A DNA stretch of 64,000 nt from Verrucomicrobiota bacterium. Its GTDB lineage: Bacteria > Verrucomicrobiota > Kiritimatiellia > CAIQIC01 > JAGNIJ01. Each line of letters opens with the position of its first letter. Position 1 is the first letter of the stretch. The stretch is taken from the NCBI GenBank assembly GCA_043803015.1, contig JAZDKK010000026.1:20707-84706 (forward strand), read 5' to 3'. Under the pieces are notes generated by a model. It made no database searches and was not told the origin of the DNA. It saw nothing but the letters and a program-made list of their open reading frames with translations. This document shows, piece by piece, positions 20,229 through 30,809 of the stretch. A program made the position numbers and the translations under genes.

Positions 20229-20311
20229 ACCCACCCCGGCTTCGCCACCCCTCCGCAGGAGGGGAGGATCAGAACGGGGTCCCCTCCCCGGAGGGGACGG
20301 GAGGGGTGGGT
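20229..20311. repeat. Composite palindromic intergenic element
   Basis: Outer ACCCACCCC...GGGGTGGGT enclosing two CCCCTCC-n-GGAGGGG hairpins (20248-20264, 20281-20296). Confidence 0.65.
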
Positions 20312-20337
20312 ACACCAATATGAGGTGCTTGGAAGTT

Positions 20338-21543
20338 ATGAACAAACCGAAGTTGAAGATCATAGAGGACCTCGTTCTGCCGAAGGGCTTCCAGGCCGCC
20401 GGCATCCCGGCCGGTCTGAAAAAGAGCGGACGAAAGGACCTCGCCCTCCTCGTGTCCGGCGTCCCGGCCGTCATGGCAGGCACGTTTACGACGAACCAGG
20501 TCAAGGCCGCGCCGGTCAAGCTCTGCCGGCAGCGGGTTGCCGCCGGGCGCGGCGGGCGGGCGATCGTCGTCAACAGCGGCACCGCCAACGCCTGCACCGG
20601 CGCCCGGGGCCTGCGGGACGCGGAGCGGATGGCCGCGATCGTCGCCGGGCAGATCGGGGTCGACGCGCGGACCGTGTTCGTGTGCTCGACGGGCCGGATC
20701 GGCACGTTCCTGCCGATGGACCTCATCGAGCCGGGCATCCGGAAGGCGGCCGCACGGCTGGCGAAGGCCGGCGGGCCGGGCGCGGCCGACGCCATCATGA
20801 CCACCGACACGCGGCCGAAGAAGTGCACGGTGCGGCTCGCGGTGGACGGCAAGACCGTGACCGTGTCGGCCATGGCCAAGGGCGCCGGCATGATCGAGCC
20901 GAAGATGGCCACGATGCTGGCGTTCCTCCTGACGGACGCGGCGGTCGAGCGGAAGGCCCTGCAGGCCTGTCTCTCGGCGGCCGTGGAGGCGAGCTTCAAC
21001 CGGATCACCGTGGACGGGGACCGGAGCACGAACGACACCGTGCTCTTCATGGCGAACGGCCTGGCGGGCAACCGGCCGCTCAAGCCGGGACACCCGGCCT
21101 GGGCCGCGTTCGGCGACGCCGTAAACGCAGTGACGCTGAACCTCGCGCTGAAGATCGTCCGGGACGGCGAGGGCGCCTCCAAGATGGTCACGGTCCGCGT
21201 GCGGGGCGCGCGGACGGCGGCCGACGCCGACACGGCAGCGCGCGCCGTCGCCAACTCGCTGCTGGTGAAGACCTCGTGGGCGGGCGACTACCCGAACTGG
21301 GGCCGGATCATGGACGCGCTGGGCTACTCGGACGCGAAGGTGGACGAGCGGCGCGTCGAGATCCGCTACGACGGTCTGCCGGCGGCGAAGAGGGGGCTGG
21401 CGGCGGGAACGCCCGTCGCGAAGCTGAGCCGGGTGCAGCAGCAGAAGGAATTCGCCCTGGACATCGACCTGCATCTCGGCCGGGGCGAGGCGGTGGTCTA
21501 CACGTGCGACTGCACGGAGGCGTACGTTCGGATCAACATGTGA
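20338..21543 (+). CDS. argJ: Bifunctional glutamate N-acetyltransferase/amino-acid acetyltransferase
   Basis: AGTFTTN, NSGTANACTG, MTTDT, AKGAGMIEPKMATML, DGDRSTNDT, DGEG, NWGRI. The upstream ORF extension is repeat-derived. Confidence 0.96.
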   Translation: MNKPKLKIIEDLVLPKGFQAAGIPAGLKKSGRKDLALLVSGVPAVMAGTFTTNQVKAAPVKLCRQRVAAGRGGRAIVVNSGTANACTGARGLRDAERMAAIVAGQIGVDARTVFVCSTGRIGTFLPMDLIEPGIRKAAARLAKAGGPGAADAIMTTDTRPKKCTVRLAVDGKTVTVSAMAKGAGMIEPKMATMLAFLLTDAAVERKALQACLSAAVEASFNRITVDGDRSTNDTVLFMANGLAGNRPLKPGHPAWAAFGDAVNAVTLNLALKIVRDGEGASKMVTVRVRGARTAADADTAARAVANSLLVKTSWAGDYPNWGRIMDALGYSDAKVDERRVEIRYDGLPAAKRGLAAGTPVAKLSRVQQQKEFALDIDLHLGRGEAVVYTCDCTEAYVRINM

Positions 21544-21594
21544 TTGATTTCCAGCAGGTGGAGTCGTACTCGTAATCGTTCAAGAGAGCAGCGC

Positions 21595-22467
21595 ATGCAG
21601 AAGGTGATCGAAAAAGCTGAAGTGCTGATCGAGGCGCTTCCGTATATCCAGCGCTTCCGGGGCGATGCCGTCGTCGTCAAGTTCGGCGGCAGCGCCATGG
21701 AGGACAAGCTGAACGTGCAGACGGTCCTGAAGGACGTCGCCTTCATGGAGTGCGTCGGCCTGCGGCCCGTCCTGGTGCACGGCGGCGGCAAGGCGATTTC
21801 CCAGCGGATGAAGGACGCCGGCCTGCGGCCGGTCTTCGTGAAGGGCCTGCGGGTGACCGACGAGGATTCGATCAAGATCGTCCAGCAGGTGCTGAACGAG
21901 GAGGTCAACCCCGAGGTCGTCCAGACGCTGGAGGATTTCGGCTGCAAGGCCCGGGGCATCCACGGCGAACACATCTTCACGGTGGTCAAGCACACGGAGA
22001 AGGACGAGCAGACCGGCGAGGAGCTGGACTGGGGCTACGTGGGCGAGGTGGTCGCGGTGGACCTCGAGCCGGTCCGGGCCTACCTCCAGGCCGGCATCAC
22101 GCCCGTCATCACGCCGCTCGGGACGGACAAGGACCGGCGGCTGTACAACGTGAACGCCGACGAGGCGGCCGCCGCCGTGGCGCGGGAGCTGAAGGCCCGG
22201 AAGCTGGTGTTCCTGTCCGACGTCCCCGGCCTCCTGGAGAACCGGGAGGACCCGACGTCGATCCTGTCGACCCTCAAGCTGAGCGAGGTGGAGGACCTGA
22301 TCGGGCGCGGCGTCATCGACGGCGGAATGCTCCCGAAGGTGAACGGGGCCATCGGGGCGCTGAAGGCCGGCGTCAAGAAGACGCACATCATCGACGCCCG
22401 CATGCCGCACTCGCTGCTGCTGGAGCTGTTTACAGACAAAGGTGTGGGGACAGAAATAGTCCAATGA
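21595..22467 (+). CDS. argB: Acetylglutamate kinase
   Basis: EALPYIQRF, VVKFGGSAM, VHGGGK, GLRVTD, NVNAD, GGMLPKV. Confidence 0.97.
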   Translation: MQKVIEKAEVLIEALPYIQRFRGDAVVVKFGGSAMEDKLNVQTVLKDVAFMECVGLRPVLVHGGGKAISQRMKDAGLRPVFVKGLRVTDEDSIKIVQQVLNEEVNPEVVQTLEDFGCKARGIHGEHIFTVVKHTEKDEQTGEELDWGYVGEVVAVDLEPVRAYLQAGITPVITPLGTDKDRRLYNVNADEAAAAVARELKARKLVFLSDVPGLLENREDPTSILSTLKLSEVEDLIGRGVIDGGMLPKVNGAIGALKAGVKKTHIIDARMPHSLLLELFTDKGVGTEIVQ

Positions 22468-22513
22468 GTTGCGGCGCCGGGGTTCCCGGCGCTGCGGAGG
22501 AAGGGTTGAGTCC

Positions 22514-23725
22514 ATGTCGCTTTCTGAAGATATCGTTGCGCTGCACAAACAGTACGTCATGCCCACCTACGCGCCGGGGCTGGTCCTGGTCCGGGGCAAG
22601 GGCACGAAGGTGTGGGACGCCGACGGGAAGGAGTATCTCGACTTCCTGGCCGGCATCGCCGTGCTCGCCGTCGGCCACTGCCACCCGAAGGTGGTCAAGG
22701 CCATCAAGCAGCAGGCCGCCAAGCTGATGCACGTGTCGAACCTGTACTACAACGAGAACCAGCCGCGGCTGGCCGAGAAGCTCTCGAAGTTGTCCCTCCA
22801 GGGGAAATGCTTCTTCTGCAATTCCGGCGCCGAGGCCAACGAAGGCCTGTTCAAGCTCGCGCGGTTCTGGGGCCACGCCCAGGGCAAGTACGAGATCGTC
22901 TCGATGACGAACTCGTTTCACGGCCGGACGCTGGCGACGCTCGCGGCGACGGGCCAGACGAAGTACCAGAAGGGCTTCGAGCCGATGCCCATGGGCTTCG
23001 CCTACGCCGACTTCAACAACCTGGATTCGGTCCGGGCCACGGTGAACGGGAAAACCGCTGCCATCCTCGTCGAGGCGGTGCAGGGCGAGGGCGGCATCGT
23101 CCCGGCGTCGCCGGAATTCATGAAGGGCCTGCGGGCGCTCTGCGACGAGAAGGGCATGCTCATGCTCTGCGACGAGGTCCAGTGCGGGCTCGGGCGGACG
23201 GGCCACTGGTTCGGTTTCCAGGCGCACGGCGTTCAGCCGGACGCGTTCTCGCTGGCCAAGGGCCTGGCCAACGGCTTCCCGATCGGCGCCATGGTGGTCG
23301 CGCCGAAGCTGGCGGATCTGCTCCAGCCCGGCAACCACGCCAGCACGTTCGGCGGCAATCCGCTGGCCTGCGCCGCGGCGCTTGCGACCCTCGACGTCAT
23401 CGAGCAGGAAGGCCTGCTCGAGAACGCCGCGAAGATGGGCGAGATGCTCAAGGGCCGGCTGAAGAAACTGGCCAGGAAGTATCCGTTCATCAAGGACGTC
23501 CGGGGCCTCGGGCTCATGGTGGGGCTGGTCTGCGACCGGCCCGCCAAGCCGCTGGAAGCCATCCTCCGGGACAAGGGGCTGATCTCGATTGCCACGCACG
23601 AGGTGGTCATCCGGTTTCTGCCGCCGCTGAACGTGAAGCCGTCGCAGATCCGGCAGGCCGTGAAGATCGTGGACGAAGCCTGCGCCCAGTGGCAGGCCCA
23701 GCCGGCACAGCCGCCCCAGGCCTGA
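22514..23725 (+). CDS. argD: Acetylornithine aminotransferase
   Basis: YLDFLAGIAV, NSGAEANE, SFHGRT, DEVQCG, SLAKGLANG, STFGGNP; arg operon context. Confidence 0.93.
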   Translation: MSLSEDIVALHKQYVMPTYAPGLVLVRGKGTKVWDADGKEYLDFLAGIAVLAVGHCHPKVVKAIKQQAAKLMHVSNLYYNENQPRLAEKLSKLSLQGKCFFCNSGAEANEGLFKLARFWGHAQGKYEIVSMTNSFHGRTLATLAATGQTKYQKGFEPMPMGFAYADFNNLDSVRATVNGKTAAILVEAVQGEGGIVPASPEFMKGLRALCDEKGMLMLCDEVQCGLGRTGHWFGFQAHGVQPDAFSLAKGLANGFPIGAMVVAPKLADLLQPGNHASTFGGNPLACAAALATLDVIEQEGLLENAAKMGEMLKGRLKKLARKYPFIKDVRGLGLMVGLVCDRPAKPLEAILRDKGLISIATHEVVIRFLPPLNVKPSQIRQAVKIVDEACAQWQAQPAQPPQA

Positions 23726-23872
23726 AAACCGCGCCTCGACAGCGAAAAATCCCGCAAAAAACGCCCTAAGCGACTCCCCCCTCATTTGCCGTATTGACAT
23801 GGCGGTCCGATTGTTGTTCTGTATGCAGCCCTGACTGTTGCGGGGTCGGATGTTGCGATGCGGGGTTCAGGA

Positions 23873-24859
23873 ATGTTTCCCTCCCTAACAAGGCCCACGG
23901 TGGCCGTGCTTTTTCTGGCGCTTGCCGGGTGTTTCACCGGGCGCGGCGGACGCGACAGCGCTGTCATCAAGCCGATCCTGGCTCCGGCAGGCGCCGCTGA
24001 AGGCCACGTCGAAATCCGCCGGCTGGGCGACCTGGCCAATCGCGCGATCACCGAGAGCAGCGGGATCGCGTTCAGCCGTCGCTCCAGGAACCTGCTTTGG
24101 ACCGAGAATGATTCCGGCGATGCGCCGCGCCTTTATGCCTTCGATGGCAAGGGCCGAAACGTGGCGACCGTCGAGGTCCGAGGCGCGAGCGCCTACGACT
24201 GGGAAGACATGAGTGCGGCGTCCCTTCGCGGGACGCCCTACCTCGTCATCGCGGACGTGGGGGACAACGACCGCATCCGCCCTTCTTGCTCGATCTACCT
24301 CCTCGAAGAGCCCGCCCTCCCCTTCTCGAGCCAGGCCCAGACCGCAACCTCGACGGTCTCCCGCGTCATCAACTTCACCTACGACGACGGCCCGCAGAAC
24401 TGCGAGGCCGTCGGCATCGACCCGGAGTCGGAGACCATCTACCTCGTCAGCAAGCACCGCATCTCCGACACCAAGGTGTACACGCTCGCCATCCCATTCG
24501 ACGGCCAGACGAACGCGGTCGTGGCGCGAACCGTGGCCACGCTGCCCGACGTTCACGAGGTCACCGGTTTCGATATCTCCGCGGACAATGACCGCGCGGT
24601 TGTGCTGACCTACGACGACGCGTTTGAGTATACCCGCCGGAGCGGCGAGAGCTGGGCGACCGCCTTCGAGGGCACCCCGCGCCGCCTCCCCATGCCCTGG
24701 CGCGCACAGGGCGAAGCCATCTGCTACGGCCCCGATGGCCGCGCCCTGTATCTGACCAGCGAGAACGCCCCCTCCCCCCTGTGGGAGGTCCGCGTCGTGA
24801 ACGGCCCGCGCGCAACACAGGTCGCGACCAACGGCGGGTCGACGACCGGCAGCCTGTAG
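23873..24859 (+). CDS. Lipoprotein, predicted beta-propeller of unknown function
   Basis: Lipobox LAGC; motifs ESSG, NDSG, DWEDM, DVGDN, DGPQNCEA, QGEAI. Confidence 0.75.
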   Translation: MFPSLTRPTVAVLFLALAGCFTGRGGRDSAVIKPILAPAGAAEGHVEIRRLGDLANRAITESSGIAFSRRSRNLLWTENDSGDAPRLYAFDGKGRNVATVEVRGASAYDWEDMSAASLRGTPYLVIADVGDNDRIRPSCSIYLLEEPALPFSSQAQTATSTVSRVINFTYDDGPQNCEAVGIDPESETIYLVSKHRISDTKVYTLAIPFDGQTNAVVARTVATLPDVHEVTGFDISADNDRAVVLTYDDAFEYTRRSGESWATAFEGTPRRLPMPWRAQGEAICYGPDGRALYLTSENAPSPLWEVRVVNGPRATQVATNGGSTTGSL

Positions 24860-24921
24860 CCGCGGCCGGCTTGTCCGCCGACTCGTCCGCCGAAGCCTTG
24901 GCGAAGGCGGACGATCGCGGC
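24856..24921. repeat. REP-like hairpin carrying a nested GTCCGCCGAAGCCTTGGCGAAGGCGGAC mini-element
   Basis: GTAG (overlaps the stop codon)-CCGCG...CGCGGC stem; insert at 24870-24912. Confidence 0.65.
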
Positions 24922-25003
24922 ACACCCCAAAAAGCGTGGACTCCACCTGCCGGACGCGGTAAGTTTCCTACCCCCTGAAACAAGGGCAAACAGGAGCTCT
25001 GGC

Positions 25004-26184
<1,181 letters not shown>

Positions 26185-26191
<7 letters not shown>

Positions 26192-26655
26192 TTTACGCGA
26201 ATTCGCGCGAATTCAGGGAGGAAACCGCCTTGGCTAAACTCCTGGAGAAGGACCTCGTCTACCGCATTGTCGGCTGTGCCATGAAGGTCCACACGGAAGT
26301 CCGCTACGGACTGCGGGAGAAGACCTACGAACGTGCGCTGTGCGTCGAGTTCCGCCACCAGGGGATTTCGTTCAATCAGCAATGCGTTTATCCCGTTCTC
26401 TATCGGGACGAGAGGATCGACGAGTATATCCCTGACCTCGAAGTAGAGGGCCGGGTGCTGATTGATGCCAAGACGATCGAGAACATCACGGATATCGAGC
26501 GCGGCCAGATGATGAACTACCTCCGCATCTCCGGCCGCAAGGTCGGCCTCATCATCAACTTCAAACACCCGTCCTTGCAGTGGGAACGCGTCGTGCTGGA
26601 TTCGGCCCGCTGACTTTCTTCTCTTCAATTCGCGCACATTAGCGTAAATTAGCGG
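26185..26655. mobile_element. Putative IR-bounded single-gene cassette (GxxExxY)
   Basis: Left CCGCTAATTTACGCGAATTCGCGCGAATT (26185-26213) against the reverse complement of 26627-26655, CCGCTAATTTACGCTAATGTGCGCGAATT (26/29). Mobility is inferred. Confidence 0.6.
26230..26613 (+). CDS. GxxExxY protein (PD-(D/E)xK-like), flanked by 29-bp inverted repeats
   Basis: YGLREKTYE, DLEVE...IDAK, QMMNYL...GLIINF; TTG start after GGAGG; lower GC than its neighbours. Confidence 0.9.
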   Translation: MAKLLEKDLVYRIVGCAMKVHTEVRYGLREKTYERALCVEFRHQGISFNQQCVYPVLYRDERIDEYIPDLEVEGRVLIDAKTIENITDIERGQMMNYLRISGRKVGLIINFKHPSLQWERVVLDSAR

Positions 26656-26672
26656 TGCCTTAGCGGTGGCCT

Positions 26673-27926
26673 ATGGAAGCCTTCACTTACAAGAACGGCC
26701 AGCTGCACGCGGAGGGCGTCGGGGTCGCTGAACTCGCCGCCCGCCACGGCACCCCTCTGTTCATCTACAGCCGCACGCACCTCGAGGAGCAGTACCGCGC
26801 CCTGGCCGCCGCGATGAAGGCGGTCGAGCCGCTCCTCTGCTTCTCCGTGAAGGTCAATACCAACGCGGCGGTGATCAGGACGTTCGCCGACCTCGGGGCC
26901 GGCGCCGACGTGGTTTCCGGCGGCGAGCTGTTCCGCGCGCGCCGGGCCGGCGTGCCCGCGGACCGGATCGTCTTCGCCGGCGTGGGCAAAACCGTCGAGG
27001 AGATCGAGTACGCCCTGAAAGAGGGCATCCTGTTTTTCACCGTCGAGTCCGAGGCCGAGCTGGAGCGGATCGCCGAATGCGCGGTGCGCCTGCGCCAGAC
27101 GGCGCGCGTGGCCCTGCGGGTCAACCCGGACGTGGACCCGAAGACCCACCGCTACATCAGCACGGGAAAGAAGGAGAACAAGTTCGGACTGGACCTCGTG
27201 CGGGCCGAGCGCGCGTACGAGCAGGCCTCGCGGCTCTCGAACCTCGAGATCGTCGGCCTGCACATGCACATCGGCTCGCAGATCCTTTCGCCGGAGCCGT
27301 ACGCGGAATCGCTGGAGAAGGTCGCCGGCCTGTGCCAGCAGCTCAAGCGGCGGTTCCCGTCGTTCAAGTACATCGACTTCGGCGGCGGACTGGGCATCCA
27401 GTACAAATACGAAGAGCGTCCGCTGGACCCGCGCCGTTTCGCGGACGTGGTCGTGCCGCACCTGCAGGAGTTCGGCCTCTCCGTGGTCATGGAGCCGGGC
27501 CGCTTCCTCGCCGGCAACGCCGGCATCCTCGTGGCGCGCGTGCAGTACGTCAAAGAGAACTCCGTCAAACGGTTTGTCATCGTGGACGCCGCGATGAACG
27601 ACCTGATCCGCCCGCCGCTCTACCAGGCGCACCACGAGATCGTGCCGGTCCGGGAGACGTCCGGGACCGTCCTCGGCGACGTGGTGGGCCCGGTGTGCGA
27701 GTCCGCCGATTTTCTCGCCGTCGACCGCGAGCTCCCGCGCGTGCAGGCGGGCGACCTCCTGGCCGTTCGCGGCGCGGGCGCGTACGCGTTCGCGATGGCC
27801 TCGAACTACAACAGCCGCGGCCGCGCGGCCGAGGTCATGGTCTGGGGCGCGAAGAGCGCGCTGATCCGCGAGCGCGAGACCCGCGAAGACCTCGTCCGCG
27901 GCGAGAAGACGCCCAAGTGGAAGTAA
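26673..27926 (+). CDS. lysA: Diaminopimelate decarboxylase
   Basis: FSVKVNTN, DVVSGGE, LRVNP, KFG, HMHIGSQ, DFGGG, EPGR, GPVCESAD, GAYAFAMASNYN. Confidence 0.97.
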   Translation: MEAFTYKNGQLHAEGVGVAELAARHGTPLFIYSRTHLEEQYRALAAAMKAVEPLLCFSVKVNTNAAVIRTFADLGAGADVVSGGELFRARRAGVPADRIVFAGVGKTVEEIEYALKEGILFFTVESEAELERIAECAVRLRQTARVALRVNPDVDPKTHRYISTGKKENKFGLDLVRAERAYEQASRLSNLEIVGLHMHIGSQILSPEPYAESLEKVAGLCQQLKRRFPSFKYIDFGGGLGIQYKYEERPLDPRRFADVVVPHLQEFGLSVVMEPGRFLAGNAGILVARVQYVKENSVKRFVIVDAAMNDLIRPPLYQAHHEIVPVRETSGTVLGDVVGPVCESADFLAVDRELPRVQAGDLLAVRGAGAYAFAMASNYNSRGRAAEVMVWGAKSALIRERETREDLVRGEKTPKWK

Positions 27927-28019
27927 CTCGCGCCGGCGCGACGCGCGTTTTTCCAATCCGCCTGCCTGCCAGCCCCGCGGCCCGGGGGCAGGCTGGCCCC
28001 GCACGCTGTGCGTGGGGCG

Positions 28020-28102
28020 GGCAGGTCCTTGGAGAAATGGCTCGTATCTTTTTCCAATCCTTGAAAAAATGGCTCCTAGATTTTCCAATGTCTGGAAAAA
28101 AA
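28020..28102. repeat. TTCCAA-N3-TTGGAA-type palindromes, 31-bp phased
   Basis: Half-site TTGGAG at 28029; TTCCAA-TCC-TTGAAA at 28052; TTCCAA-TGT-CTGGAA at 28083. Confidence 0.85.
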
Positions 28103-28116
28103 GGCCGAGGTGCCAC

Positions 28117-28983
28117 ATGTTCGAAGGTGCTTATACAGCGATAGTTACGCCGTTCAACAAGGACGGCAGCGTGGATTTCGCTAAACTCCGCGACCTGATC
28201 GAATTCCAGGTCAAGAACGGGATCGACGGCATCGTGCCGGTCGGAACGACCGGCGAGTCGCCGACGCTCGACTACGAGGAGCACGAGAAAGTCGTCGAGG
28301 TTTCGGTCCAGGCGACGCGGAGAAGGATGAAAGTCATCGCCGGCACGGGCGCCAATTCGACCCGCGAGGCGCTGGAGCTGACCCGGCACGCGATCGGGGC
28401 CGGGGCGGACGCGACCCTCCAGGTCACCCCGTACTACAACAAGCCGAACCAGGCCGGCCTGATCAAGCACTTCACGGCCGTGGCGGACCTCGGTCTGCCG
28501 ACGGTGCTCTACAACATCCCCGGCCGGACCGGCCGCGAGATCGATGTGGCCACGGTGGTCGAGCTGTCGAAGCACCCGAAGATCGTCGCGCTCAAAGAGG
28601 CGGGCGGGAGCGTGGACCGCGTGAGCCAGATCGTAACCCGCTGCAAGATCGAGGTGTTGTCCGGCGACGACTCGCTCACCCTGCCGATGATGGCGGTGGG
28701 CGCGCTCGGCGTCATCAGCGTGGTTTCCAACATCGCGCCCAAAGCGGTCGCGGACCTGGTGCACGCCGCCCCGAAAGGCGACTGGAAGCAGGCGCAGGCG
28801 CTGCACCAGAAATACTACCGGCTGTTTACGGACCTCTTCATCGACACCAACCCCATCCCGGTCAAGGCGGCGATGGCGATGATGGGCCTGTGCGAAGAGG
28901 TGTATCGTCTGCCGCTCTGCGAGATGGCGGCGAAAGGCAGAGAGACGGTGAGAGAAACACTCAAGGCGCTTGGGCTGATTTGA
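28117..28983 (+). CDS. dapA: 4-hydroxy-tetrahydrodipicolinate synthase
   Basis: TAIVTPF, GTTGES, AGTGANST, LYNIPGRT, LKEA, NPIPVK. Confidence 0.97.
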   Translation: MFEGAYTAIVTPFNKDGSVDFAKLRDLIEFQVKNGIDGIVPVGTTGESPTLDYEEHEKVVEVSVQATRRRMKVIAGTGANSTREALELTRHAIGAGADATLQVTPYYNKPNQAGLIKHFTAVADLGLPTVLYNIPGRTGREIDVATVVELSKHPKIVALKEAGGSVDRVSQIVTRCKIEVLSGDDSLTLPMMAVGALGVISVVSNIAPKAVADLVHAAPKGDWKQAQALHQKYYRLFTDLFIDTNPIPVKAAMAMMGLCEEVYRLPLCEMAAKGRETVRETLKALGLI

Positions 28984-29409
28984 TTGCCGATTGCCGATGT
29001 CCGATTGCCGAATGAAGAGATGAACAAGAACGACCTGAAGGAGCGAACCAAGAGCTTCGGACTTCGTTGCGTCAATCTGACGAATGCCCTGCCGAAGACT
29101 GCGGCCGGCCACGTGCTGGGCAACCAGCTGCTCAGGGCCGGGACCTCCGTCGGGGCCAACTACCGATCGGCCTGCAGAAGCAGGTCAACGGCAGAGTTCA
29201 TCGCGAAGATCGGCGTGGTGGAAGAAGAGGCAGATGAATGCTGCTACTGGCTGGAGATAGTCCGCGACGCCAAGCTGATGAAAGCGGCCCTTCTTCAATC
29301 TTTGTTGCAGGAAGCGGATGAGCTGACTGCTATAATGGCAGCGTCTCGTAAATCGGCGGCAAGGAATCGTCGTCGCTGATTCGGAAATCGGCATTCGGAA
29401 ATCGACAAT
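28983..29409. mobile_element. Putative cassette: four-helix-bundle gene between inverted heptamer arrays
   Basis: (ATTGCCG)n at 28983-29013 against the reverse complement of 29379-29409 (25/31); spans exactly dapA stop to dapB ATG. Mobility is inferred. Confidence 0.6.
29020..29379 (+). CDS. Four-helix-bundle protein (bAvd/23S-IVP-like)
   Basis: DLKERTKSF, QLLRAGTSVGANYR, S.AEFIAK, EEADECCYWLE, EADEL.AI; lower GC. Confidence 0.92.
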   Translation: MNKNDLKERTKSFGLRCVNLTNALPKTAAGHVLGNQLLRAGTSVGANYRSACRSRSTAEFIAKIGVVEEEADECCYWLEIVRDAKLMKAALLQSLLQEADELTAIMAASRKSAARNRRR

Positions 29410-30219
29410 ATGAAAAAAGTGGTGGTCATAGGTGCCGCTGGCCGGATGGGGCGAACCCTCGTTCATTGCCTGGAAGCGGAAACGGTGCCGGGCCTCGAGC
29501 TGGCGGCCGCCGTAGACATCTGGGACTGCCCGGAGCGCGGCCAGGATGCAGGGATCGTGGCGGGCTGCGGCGAGATGGGCGTGAAGATCTCGTCGGACCT
29601 CGCGGAGGTCGGCGCGGCGTGCGACGTCGTGATCGACTTCAGCGCGCACCAGGGGACCGCCGGCAACGCGCAGCGGGTGGCCGAGTGGCGCAAGCCGCTG
29701 GTCATCGGAACGACAGGGATGACCCCCGAGGAGAAAAAGGTCATCGGCGAGGCCGCGGCGACCATCGCGATCGTGATGTCGCCGAACATGAGCCTCGGCG
29801 TGAACCTCCTGTTCTCGCTGGTTGAGAAAGCGGCCGGCGCGCTGAAGGGCAAGGGCTACGACGTCGAAATCATCGAGCGGCACCATCGCCGCAAGAAGGA
29901 TTCGCCCAGCGGAACAGCGCTGGCGCTCGGCGAGGCGGCGGCCAGGGGGCTCGAGTGGAAGCTCGACCAGGTGGCGATCCACGGCCGGCACGGCCTGCAC
30001 GGCGAGCGGCCCGCCCAGCAGATCGGCTTTCACGCCGTCCGCGGCGGCGACATCGTGGGCGACCACACCGTGCTGTTTGCCGCCGAAGGCGAGTGCATCG
30101 AGCTCTCCCACCGGGCGACGAGCCGCGAGGCGTTCGCGCTCGGCGCGCTGCGCGCCGCGGCGTGGTCGATCGGCCGCGCCCCGGGCCTGTACACCATGCG
30201 GGACGTGCTCGGGTTGTAG
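29410..30219 (+). CDS. dapB: 4-hydroxy-tetrahydrodipicolinate reductase
   Basis: GAAGRMG, VIDFS, VIGTTG, SPNMSLGVN, IERHHRRKKDSPSGTA, RGGDIVGDH. Confidence 0.97.
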   Translation: MKKVVVIGAAGRMGRTLVHCLEAETVPGLELAAAVDIWDCPERGQDAGIVAGCGEMGVKISSDLAEVGAACDVVIDFSAHQGTAGNAQRVAEWRKPLVIGTTGMTPEEKKVIGEAAATIAIVMSPNMSLGVNLLFSLVEKAAGALKGKGYDVEIIERHHRRKKDSPSGTALALGEAAARGLEWKLDQVAIHGRHGLHGERPAQQIGFHAVRGGDIVGDHTVLFAAEGECIELSHRATSREAFALGALRAAAWSIGRAPGLYTMRDVLGL

Positions 30220-30270
30220 CCGCGGGCGTTGACCGCGGCGGAAAGAGCCGCCCTCGACGCGGGCGGCTAC
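30216..30270. repeat. GTAG-type REP doublet
   Basis: GTAGCCGCGGGCGTTGACCGCGGC ... GCCGCCCTCGACGCGGGCGGCTAC; the GTAG contains the dapB TAG. Confidence 0.7.
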
Positions 30271-30280
30271 AGGCGGCGCG

Positions 30281-30790
30281 ATGAAGACGGAAGCGGGCCT
30301 CAGTCTCGGATCCAATCTCGGCGACCGGCTCAAGAACCTGTCCGACGCCAGGCACCTGATCGCCACGCTCTCCGGCGTCCAGCTCGTGGCGCAGTCGCCC
30401 GTCTACGAAACGGAGCCGGTCGGCGTAAAGCCGGAGTACCGCGAGCTCAAGTTCCTGAACGCGGTGCTCATCGTGGAAAGCCCCTGGACGGCGCGCGAGT
30501 GGGCCCACGAGCTGCGGGCCATCGAGGCGGCCATGGGCCGCACGCGCGGGCTGGACCGCTACGCGCCGCGCACCATCGACATCGACATCATCTACCTCGA
30601 CCGCCTGCGGGTGGACGAGGCCGGGCTCGTGATCCCCCACCCCCGCTGGGCCGAGCGGCGTTTCGTCGCGCAGCCGCTGGCCGACGTGCGCCCGGACCTC
30701 CTTCTTCCCGGCGCGCCCGGCACCGTGGCGCAGGTTCTCGCGGGCCTGCCGCCCAGGGAGGGCGTGACGCTGTTTGCGAAGGAGTGGTAG
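30281..30790 (+). CDS. folK: 2-amino-4-hydroxy-6-hydroxymethyldihydropteridine diphosphokinase
   Basis: LSLGSNLGDR, SPVYETEP, FLNAV, PRTIDIDI, PHPR...RRFV. Confidence 0.96.
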   Translation: MKTEAGLSLGSNLGDRLKNLSDARHLIATLSGVQLVAQSPVYETEPVGVKPEYRELKFLNAVLIVESPWTAREWAHELRAIEAAMGRTRGLDRYAPRTIDIDIIYLDRLRVDEAGLVIPHPRWAERRFVAQPLADVRPDLLLPGAPGTVAQVLAGLPPREGVTLFAKEW

Positions 30791-30809
30791 GACGTGGTAG
30801 GCTAGCCGC

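Noticed and set aside
20221-20337. N-terminal extensions in the ORF track (argJ, zwf, dapA, leuA region, 35290, 45527)
   Set aside because: They translate repeats, tRNA or UTR; downstream starts have SD or promoter support and match family N-termini.
28984-29379. Diversity-generating retroelement (Avd-like gene)
   Set aside because: No reverse transcriptase and no TR/VR pair with A-specific mismatches in the window.
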